Made by a program: the position numbers and the translations under genes
In this document: positions 34,548 through 41,183 of the stretch, in pieces
How positions within the stretch are numbered: position 1 is the stretch's first letter
Layout of the letters: every line of letters starts with the position of its first letter
Notes under the pieces: model-generated
The model's database searches: none
What the model saw: the letters and a program-made list of their open reading frames with translations, nothing else
Told to the model about the DNA's origin: nothing
Source: a virus
Taxonomy: Duplodnaviria > Caudoviricetes
Virus record (IMG/VR): IMGVR_UViG_3300034965_000017
Coordinates: 1-41,183 of that record
DNA: 41,183 bases
Strand: one strand, 5' to 3'

Positions 34548-36070
34548 CCGAAGTCCCCGTAGTTGGTGTCGAGGTCGGCCTCGAGCTCGGCGAGGGTGGC
34601 CCGGTCTGCGGCAGGGTTGGCAGGACGTCGTGGCCGAGGGCGAGGCGCTGGCCTGGTCGGCGAACCGAAGTCCACTTGCTGCGGAGACGGGAAGCGGGAG
34701 GCGACGGCTCGGATCAGGTCGTCGGGCCAGTAGTTCGCGCGGACTCTGTCGGTTGAGCCGTCGTCGGCCACGACGTACGCGGTGCCCTGCGCGTCCGGCG
34801 AGATCAGATGCACAGGGACCGACGTCGCCTCGGGCAGGACCAGCCGGCCCTCAGCTTTGGATCGCATCCGCAACACGACGGTCTGGGTGAACAGGCCGCG
34901 GTTGCTGATGATCTCCTTACGTGGGTCCTGGACACACGCCACGACGCACACACCCACAGCCCGGCCCTTGGTGAGCAGGCGGGCCATCAGTGCCTCTGCG
35001 AGCTTCTTCGTGGCAGCATCGGCGTAGGCCATCAGGTCGGCGTACTCGTCGATCATCAGGACGTGCAGCGGCTCCGCCTTGGTAGCGACGTGAGAGCGGG
35101 ACACTCCGGCCATACGCTCGGCTCGCTCATCGGTCATGGTGGCCAGCCGGCCCAGCAGGGTCAGGGCGTCGACGTGGTTGGTGGCGATCGAGCAGAACAG
35201 GCCCCGCCCCATGCCGACCTCGATGCCGCCCTTGAGGTCGACGGCCCACAGCTGCACCAGGCCGCTCGGTACGGACGGTGCTAGGCCTCCTGCGATGCCC
35301 CAGAACATCGAGCCCTTCCCGGAGCCGCTGCACCCAGCGACGAGGGTCTGCTTGCCGACGATCGCCAGCGTCCAAGGACTCGAGTCCTCACGACGACCCA
35401 GAGTGACCTCACCAACAGTCCGGGGCCTGGTCGCCGAGGGCATGGTGGCGTCACGTGCCCTGGTCAGGTGGTCGACCATCAGGATCTGCAGCACCAGGAT
35501 GCCTGGGTCGCCGCGCACGATCCGGTAGGAGAGCCCACCAGCTGCAGCGCAGATCGCATCAGCAGCGCCGGCCAGGTGCTCGAACGTCTGGCCGAGCCGG
35601 ATGCCGATGGTCATGGTCAGCGTGGAGCCCTTGAACGTCACGGCCTTCAGCTGAGGGCGGGTGACGACGATCTCCTTCTTGATGACCCACTTGCCCTTGT
35701 CGTTACGGACCTTCCGGGTGATGGAGCGGGTCCCAGTCAGGTTGCACTCCTCGGACAGGCGTGGCCAGGCATTCTTGGCCCACTTCACGTGGTGGTTGCT
35801 CTCGCGGGGTGCGGCGACATGGCGGCGCCACCGGTTCGGGAAGCGCCTGGACACGAACGCCACAAGCAGCGCCGGGGCGACACCGGCAGCCAGGAGCTCG
35901 AAGCCCAGGAGGTTGTGCTGGGTGTAGAGCGCCGCGACGACGGCCGCGACCCAGAGGATGACCCACCGGGGGTGCTTCCGGGCCACCCGCCAGGCGTCCC
36001 CGCCCAGGGCGCTGGGGGTCATGCCCAGCGGCCAGCCCCTGCCGTTACCAGCGGCTGCCATCGCCGCCAT
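34535..36070 (-). CDS. FtsK/SpoIIIE-family DNA translocase or coupling protein (TcpA/TraB-like)
   Basis: ATG at 36070 after GGAGGG; two N-terminal TMs; GCSGSGKGS, VDLKGGIE, LMIDEYADL, GRAVG..VQDPR. Confidence 0.88.
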   Translation of the reverse strand: MAAMAAAGNGRGWPLGMTPSALGGDAWRVARKHPRWVILWVAAVVAALYTQHNLLGFELLAAGVAPALLVAFVSRRFPNRWRRHVAAPRESNHHVKWAKNAWPRLSEECNLTGTRSITRKVRNDKGKWVIKKEIVVTRPQLKAVTFKGSTLTMTIGIRLGQTFEHLAGAADAICAAAGGLSYRIVRGDPGILVLQILMVDHLTRARDATMPSATRPRTVGEVTLGRREDSSPWTLAIVGKQTLVAGCSGSGKGSMFWGIAGGLAPSVPSGLVQLWAVDLKGGIEVGMGRGLFCSIATNHVDALTLLGRLATMTDERAERMAGVSRSHVATKAEPLHVLMIDEYADLMAYADAATKKLAEALMARLLTKGRAVGVCVVACVQDPRKEIISNRGLFTQTVVLRMRSKAEGRLVLPEATSVPVHLISPDAQGTAYVVADDGSTDRVRANYWPDDLIRAVASRFPSPQQVDFGSPTRPAPRPRPRRPANPAADRATLAELEADLDTNYGDFGETG

Positions 36071-36087
36071 GGGACCCTCCTGGACGT

Positions 36088-37821
36088 TCACAGGCCGACC
36101 TTCTGCCCGCCGCGGTTCACGACCGTCTTGGTGTCCGGGTCCCAGACCCACTTCTCGGACTCCGCAGTGAGATCGACCGGCTGCCGTTCCCGCCGGGGCG
36201 GGTCGTACAGCGGCGTTCCAACCGCCCGTGCCGACTGCTTGGGTTCGTCCATGGCTGGCTCCTGTTCTGGTCTGCCGAAGGCCTCGGCGGGTTGCTTGGT
36301 GTTCGGGTCCGGCTTGTCTTCCTTGGGCTTGTCCTCGTCTGTTACGGCTTCGACCACGGCCGCGCCGGCCGCTCCTGCCAGGACGTTCGGGACGTACTTG
36401 GTAGCGAGCTTCCTCATCTTCCGCACACCGGGCCCTCTGCCGCCTGACGACATGCCGACGATGTTCGTCAGGCTCAACAGCGGCCACAGCAGGACGAACG
36501 CGACCACAGTCGCCACCCCGCACAGGACCAGCACAAGGGCATTCATCCCGCCCAGGCGGGCATTGACCAGCAGCGCCGAGACAATCGTCGTGTGGATCGT
36601 GGCCCCCACACTGAACGCGATGACGTTCACCACCGACGCGCCGGCGATATTCGCAACCCTGTGCACGATCGAGCTCATGGGCGCAATGACACCAAGGACT
36701 GCGACCGCTGGAAAGATCATCACCAGCAGGCGCAGCATGATCAGGCCGGCGAACATGAACAGGTCCGCGATGACCCTGAACCCGGCCGTGAACAGGGCCC
36801 CGAATAGGGTCATCACGCCGACCCCGGCCCGCTCCCCCGTCTTGCCCTGCAGTATCAGGTAGGCGTTGGGGTCCTGTAGCTGGATCTGCTCTGCGGCCAA
36901 CTTCCACGCGGCGGCCTTCCCATCGGCGAGGCGTTTGGCCACGGCAGGGTCCGCGCGGGCTTGGGCGGCGGTGTCCCAGCTGTAGACGGAGGCCTTGAAC
37001 AGGACCGGGCCCCACTTCTTGGCTGTGGGGCTGTCCGTGGTCCCGAACTGTCCGCGTAGCCACGCGTCGTACAGGACCCGGTCCACGAGCAGCGCGCCTT
37101 GGGCCTTGGCGGGGTCTGAGGTGGTGGGGAGGTTGGCGATGCCTGCGGCGCCGGCGTTGACGGTGGAGATGACCCCCGTGACTGTGGAGTCGAATGCGCT
37201 GGACGCGCGGGCGGGGTAGGCGGCGAGCCCGGACATGATGGCGATGATCAGGACGGCCCAGGCGGCGCCTTTGGCGACTGCGCTCATCCGCCCGGACATC
37301 GACAGCCAGAGCAGGGACCCGGCGACGGCGAGGAGGGCCACGGCGCCCCAGGGGTTCCAGATCGTGGTTTTGACCTGGCCGGAGACCTTCGCCACGACTG
37401 TGTTCAGTGGGGCCATGTAGGTGCCTGGGTTGGCGAGGCGGTTGTGAAGTCCGTTGGCGGCGGCGATGGTGTTGGTGGCGATGCTCAGTGCCCAGTTGCC
37501 GATCATGGTGTCCGTGGCGGCGGACACGTCACGCAGGTCCCCGCCGCAGCCGAGGTCGTAGGTGTGCCAGGTCAGGCCTGCGTACCCGGACTGCTCGTAG
37601 ACGGATGTGGTGGGGTGGGTGGTGAACGGGTCGCCGGGGGCGGGTAGTGGGTTGGGTCGGCCGTCGAGGAACCCGGGCAGGCCTTCGCCAGGGAGTTGGG
37701 CGGCGGGCGCGGACTTGCAGTCGAGCCCGCCGGGGATCACGTCGACGGCCTGTGCCGACCCGGCCGTGACCACCACGAGCCCGAGAATGAGTAGCACGCT
37801 ACTGAGTAGGCGGCGCATCAT
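36088..37821 (-). CDS. Polytopic conjugation membrane protein (TcpH/ConG/VirB6-like)
   Basis: Signal peptide, several TMs, W..GQFG extracellular segment, charged tail; directly downstream of VirB4. Confidence 0.72.
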   Translation of the reverse strand: MMRRLLSSVLLILGLVVVTAGSAQAVDVIPGGLDCKSAPAAQLPGEGLPGFLDGRPNPLPAPGDPFTTHPTTSVYEQSGYAGLTWHTYDLGCGGDLRDVSAATDTMIGNWALSIATNTIAAANGLHNRLANPGTYMAPLNTVVAKVSGQVKTTIWNPWGAVALLAVAGSLLWLSMSGRMSAVAKGAAWAVLIIAIMSGLAAYPARASSAFDSTVTGVISTVNAGAAGIANLPTTSDPAKAQGALLVDRVLYDAWLRGQFGTTDSPTAKKWGPVLFKASVYSWDTAAQARADPAVAKRLADGKAAAWKLAAEQIQLQDPNAYLILQGKTGERAGVGVMTLFGALFTAGFRVIADLFMFAGLIMLRLLVMIFPAVAVLGVIAPMSSIVHRVANIAGASVVNVIAFSVGATIHTTIVSALLVNARLGGMNALVLVLCGVATVVAFVLLWPLLSLTNIVGMSSGGRGPGVRKMRKLATKYVPNVLAGAAGAAVVEAVTDEDKPKEDKPDPNTKQPAEAFGRPEQEPAMDEPKQSARAVGTPLYDPPRRERQPVDLTAESEKWVWDPDTKTVVNRGGQKVGL

Positions 37822-40325
37822 GCGACCTCGACACTGTGCAGGCGCGCCAACCTGTTCCGCGCCTTGTCCGGGTCCGCCGTCGTGGACAGGGCTTCGAGGA
37901 GGTGGGGGTGGGCGGCCATGTCCATGCGGATCCGCTCGATCGACGCGCCGTCCGAGAAGACGAACTCCCTCGCGCCCCGCTTCCCCTTGCTCGTGGGGCG
38001 GGACAAGGTCCCGAAGATCCCCTCGTATCCGACGCCTTCAGCGACCCCGGGCAGGAGCTGGAGCGCGTCGTGTTGGGCCTGCTCGTCGGTGAGCCTTCCA
38101 ATGAACGCCGCTGAAACGAGGTTGGCCAGGTCGAGCCTGAGCAGGTCACTCGGGTTCTGGGAGGCCAGGAGCACGCGGGTGTTGTGCTTGCGGCTGTCCC
38201 GGGATGCCCGGTCGATGAAGCGGCGTCCCGCGGAGAACGTGCCTAGCGCCCACGCCTCGTCCAGAAAGATCCCCTTCCGGGCGTGCACATCCCCGGCATA
38301 CATCCCTCTTTGCGCCAACCATGCTGCGAGGAACAGCACGGCCATGCTCAGTCGCTCGTCCAGGTCATCCGTGCCACCCGACGCATCATCGGGCAGCGCG
38401 AGTCCGCGGAGGCTGTACACCGTCAGGAGGGGCGCGGCTTGGGCCTTGTCGAGGTAGTACCCGGACGGGAAGATCAGCCGCCCGTGGCTCGTCTTCGCCG
38501 CCTCGAGGTAGAAATCCCGCATGTACCCCGCATGCCTGACCAAGTCGGGGTCCCCGCCGAGGTCTCTGAGGGCGTCTAGGACGTAGTTGGGTGCGGAGGT
38601 GCTCGTGGCGTGGACCTGCCCCACAGCCCGCAGGAGGGCGACCTCGGTCAGGACGTGGTCCTGCATCTGTTTGGGGAGCATCGACCTCAGGACCGACGTG
38701 GTGAGCATGCGGCGCGTCTCATAGGCGCGCTCAACCGCGGCAGCCCATTCGGCTTTGGTGTCGTAGTGCTCTACCGCCGGCTCGGCGATCACCCGGTAGG
38801 TGTTCAGCACACCCTCGGGCGCCTCGAGGAGGTCGACCGCCTGGGAGTGGTCGGCGAGCTCGGGCAGGCGGCACAGCGCGGTCAGGCGGCCGGAGGGGTC
38901 GAGGACAGTCCACGGGACACCCTGCATCAGCGACCGGTAGATGACGTTCCCGCCCGCCGTACTCTTCCCCCCGCCCAGGCCTGCGACGACGACACCAAGG
39001 CCGGACTCTTCCTTGCGCTCCGTGGCTTCCCACGGCTCCCACGTCACAACCCTCTGGCTGGTCCCGCTGGTCTCCCCCAGGTGGATGCCTCTACGGTCAC
39101 CGACCTTCGCCGTTGCCGCCGGCACAGCTGCGGACAGGGTGGTGACGGGCATCCGGCGCCGGTACGCCGTCGACCCCAACGGCTCACCGGGGATGAACTC
39201 CCGGCCCACCGCCAGCTGGTCCGCTGGCCTGCAGATACTGATGCCGGGCTGGTACAGCTTGCGGACCTCATTGGCCCGCTCGAGCGCCTCCTCCTGCGTC
39301 GCGCCGGACACGGACACGCGGAAGTAGCCAGTCGTGCGGGTGGACAGCCCTGACAGGCCTGTGGCCAGGTCGTCCTCGACTGCGAGGGCGCGGGACGCCT
39401 GCCGGTCCAGGGCGCCCGGTGCGGGTTCGCGGTGCTCCTGCTCGTAGTGCTCCTTCTGGGAGCGGACCTTCTGGATGGCGTGCCGCATGGCGCTGCCCAC
39501 CTTGGCTGCATCCTCGACATCGACCCGCGCAGACCACTCGACAGGAAAGCCGAGAGCGTCGGTGCGCTGCATCCATGGCGTACCTGAGGGGATGTCCATG
39601 TCGCCCATCCGGCCCACGCTCATGACGCAGACGTGCCGTTCCACCATCTCCCCGTTGGCTTCACCGGTTACCAGGATCGTGCGCCCGTACGGGCGGGTGT
39701 GCCACTGGACGGTGTCGGTGAACTCGGCCAGGTCCTCGGTGTCCCACTGCTCGGCGTCTGCGTTGCCGAGCGTCAACGGCGCCGGCAAACCCAACCCGGT
39801 AGACCGGTGCAGCAACCACTCAAGCTGCCGCGGGGTTGCCGGGATGGCATCCATGCCGGGCGCGGCCATGATCTCGCTCGTCTCACGGATCGCTTTGCCC
39901 AGCCCTGCGACTTCACGGTCACTGAGCGCCCCGGCCAGGGCGCCAGCGATCCGGTAGAGGCCTTTGCGGGCGGGGATCTCCACGCCCAGGTAGACCTCTT
40001 TGTCACTCATGTTGCGGCCGGCGAGGTGCTCCTGGTCCCGCATCAGGTAGTCGCGCCACCCGGGCAGCGGCGCGGGCGCGTTGCCGTCGTGCGCGGAAGC
40101 CCACTCGCTCACGGGGTAGGGGCGGGTCGTGACCCGGATGTGGACGTTTCTCCTGACGAGCTGGGCGTAGCAGTCGGCGCCGTCACGGATCAGCTGCTCG
40201 CGCACACCGTCCGGGCGGAAGCTCCAGCCTTGGGGTTCGAGGAGGTACCAGGCGTGGATCCGGTCAGCGGTGACAGTGCAGTGCCCGCTGATACTGCGCA
40301 GCGCGAGGCCGGTCTTCCTGGTCAT
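37818..40325 (-). CDS. virB4: VirB4-like conjugation ATPase (TcpF/ConE type)
   Basis: 835 aa from ATG 40325 (ATGA-coupled); GLGGGKST, VLDPSG, IFLDEAW, RDSRKHN..LLASQ. Confidence 0.88.
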   Translation of the reverse strand: MTRKTGLALRSISGHCTVTADRIHAWYLLEPQGWSFRPDGVREQLIRDGADCYAQLVRRNVHIRVTTRPYPVSEWASAHDGNAPAPLPGWRDYLMRDQEHLAGRNMSDKEVYLGVEIPARKGLYRIAGALAGALSDREVAGLGKAIRETSEIMAAPGMDAIPATPRQLEWLLHRSTGLGLPAPLTLGNADAEQWDTEDLAEFTDTVQWHTRPYGRTILVTGEANGEMVERHVCVMSVGRMGDMDIPSGTPWMQRTDALGFPVEWSARVDVEDAAKVGSAMRHAIQKVRSQKEHYEQEHREPAPGALDRQASRALAVEDDLATGLSGLSTRTTGYFRVSVSGATQEEALERANEVRKLYQPGISICRPADQLAVGREFIPGEPLGSTAYRRRMPVTTLSAAVPAATAKVGDRRGIHLGETSGTSQRVVTWEPWEATERKEESGLGVVVAGLGGGKSTAGGNVIYRSLMQGVPWTVLDPSGRLTALCRLPELADHSQAVDLLEAPEGVLNTYRVIAEPAVEHYDTKAEWAAAVERAYETRRMLTTSVLRSMLPKQMQDHVLTEVALLRAVGQVHATSTSAPNYVLDALRDLGGDPDLVRHAGYMRDFYLEAAKTSHGRLIFPSGYYLDKAQAAPLLTVYSLRGLALPDDASGGTDDLDERLSMAVLFLAAWLAQRGMYAGDVHARKGIFLDEAWALGTFSAGRRFIDRASRDSRKHNTRVLLASQNPSDLLRLDLANLVSAAFIGRLTDEQAQHDALQLLPGVAEGVGYEGIFGTLSRPTSKGKRGAREFVFSDGASIERIRMDMAAHPHLLEALSTTADPDKARNRLARLHSVEVA

Positions 40326-40669
40326 CGGGGTCTCCTTGGCGGGCGGAACGTTTGCACGGACGGCTTGGCATGGCCACGCCCAGCGGTGACCTGGTGGGTG
40401 AACGCGGTGACAACGCTCCGTAGGGGTCGGTCGTGGTCCACAACCGACCCGATGACCTGCGTCAGCGCGGCAGTCACGAGGAGCGTCCACACCAGCGGCC
40501 AGAACCCCGCCCCGATACCCAGGCGCAGCTCGATGACCTCGAGGAGGGCGAACAGGCCCGCGCCCACGGCGTAGTCGACGTACCGGGCGCGCCACGGCAG
40601 AGTCACCCCGGGCGGGCCCAGCCAGACGCCGTCGACCTGGTAGATGGAGTCGTCCACAGGCAGCCTCAT
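40322..40669 (-). CDS. TcpE/VirB3-like 2-TM protein
   Basis: 115 aa, 2 TMs, directly upstream of VirB4; ATGA-coupled. Confidence 0.68.
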   Translation of the reverse strand: MRLPVDDSIYQVDGVWLGPPGVTLPWRARYVDYAVGAGLFALLEVIELRLGIGAGFWPLVWTLLVTAALTQVIGSVVDHDRPLRSVVTAFTHQVTAGRGHAKPSVQTFRPPRRPR

Positions 40670-40914
40670 GAGATACCGACGAGGTGGATTAGGGACCGCC
40701 CCAGGGCCGGGGCTGCGGTGGGCACGGCTGCGATACCCAGGATCAGGCAGGCGAGGACTGCGCCGGCGACGACTTTCATGGCCTGTTTGTTGTTGCCGCT
40801 CCTGGCCATCATGAACAGGGAGCAAGCCAGGATGAGCAGGAGCAGTGGGATGACGTTGCCTTTGATCCAGGTCTGGAGGTTGGCGGTGCCGACTGCGGTG
40901 GCGAGAGCGTGCAT
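40666..40914 (-). CDS. Small 2-TM pilin/TcpD(ConC)-like protein
   Basis: 82 aa; GAAAGGAA RBS; two TMs separated by a basic loop. Confidence 0.65.
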   Translation of the reverse strand: MHALATAVGTANLQTWIKGNVIPLLLLILACSLFMMARSGNNKQAMKVVAGAVLACLILGIAAVPTAAPALGRSLIHLVGIS

Positions 40915-40925
40915 GACGGTTCCTT

Positions 40926-41056
40926 TCAGGGTTGGGTTTCGGGCCAAGACACATGGACGTGAGTGACGTGGTTGGCGTTTGGGTCTCCGCGGTCCTCCAT
41001 CAACCGCCACCCCTCATCGGCGCGGGCGACGTTCCAGATGTGCTGCCGGTAGATGA
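40926..41056 (-). CDS. Same hydrolase, C-terminal part (His-rich metallopeptidase-like, NHVTHVHVS)
   Basis: In frame with 1-832 across the circular join. Confidence 0.8.
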
Positions 41057-41183
41057 CGTAGGTGATGTGCAGCTGGGCGGCGTTGGCTTGGACGAAGTCG
41101 GCCAGGGCCTGGCCCTGGGCGCTGCCCGGAGTGACCATGAAGTCGCATGCCCGCCCGGTGGCGTGGTCCTGTGCGTTCGCGTC
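41057..41183. repeat. 127-bp terminal direct repeat, copy 2
   Basis: Identical to 1-127. Confidence 0.97.

Larger units (their letters stand above)
1..41056. mobile_element. Complete circular temperate actinobacterial siphophage genome carrying a conjugation-like module
   Basis: Full set of packaging, head, tail, lysis, immunity and replication genes; intact attP; circular overlap. Confidence 0.92.

Noticed and set aside
35468-36862. 464-aa plus-strand ORF and other long antisense ORFs (e.g. 9973-10980, 20391-21584, 33304-34155)
   Set aside because: Antisense shadows of well-supported genes, expected in high-GC DNA; no motifs.
36071-37063. N-terminal 330 aa of the 842-aa ORF (FtsK fusion)
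   Set aside because: Overlaps the 577-aa membrane gene in another frame and is Arg/Gly/Pro-rich shadow sequence; the RBS supports a start at 36070.
40326-40595. N-terminal extension of VirB4 to 925 aa
   Set aside because: Overlaps the TcpE-like gene; ATGA coupling supports 40325.
41057-41183. Biological terminal repeat of the phage
   Set aside because: 127 bp equals a common assembler k-mer and falls mid-gene; it indicates circularity, not genome ends.

Overview
The window is a complete circular element of 41,056 bp; bases 1-127 repeat exactly at 41057-41183, an assembly overlap. It is a GC-rich temperate actinobacterial siphophage in excised (attP-intact) form. Its modules are: integration-dependent-immunity cassette (tyrosine integrase, repressor containing a tRNA-Lys-like attP core, Cro); replication initiator with internal iterons; early genes including a C5 DNA methyltransferase; HNH-terS-terL-portal-head-tail genes; tail fibres; split endolysins, holin and a LuxR-type regulator. 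The unusual part is a ~7.4 kb, apparently intact conjugation-like operon (34535-41056 plus 1-832, minus strand): cell-wall hydrolase, pilin/TcpD-like, TcpE-like, VirB4-like ATPase, TcpH/VirB6-like membrane protein and an FtsK/TcpA/TraB-like translocase. It has no recognisable relaxase, is bracketed by two convergent tyrosine recombinases, and lies downstream of the repressor-attP-integrase operon only in the circular form. A second oddity is seven consecutive early genes that begin with the same DNA/peptide motif. All calls come from reading motifs and synteny by eye; no database searches were run.
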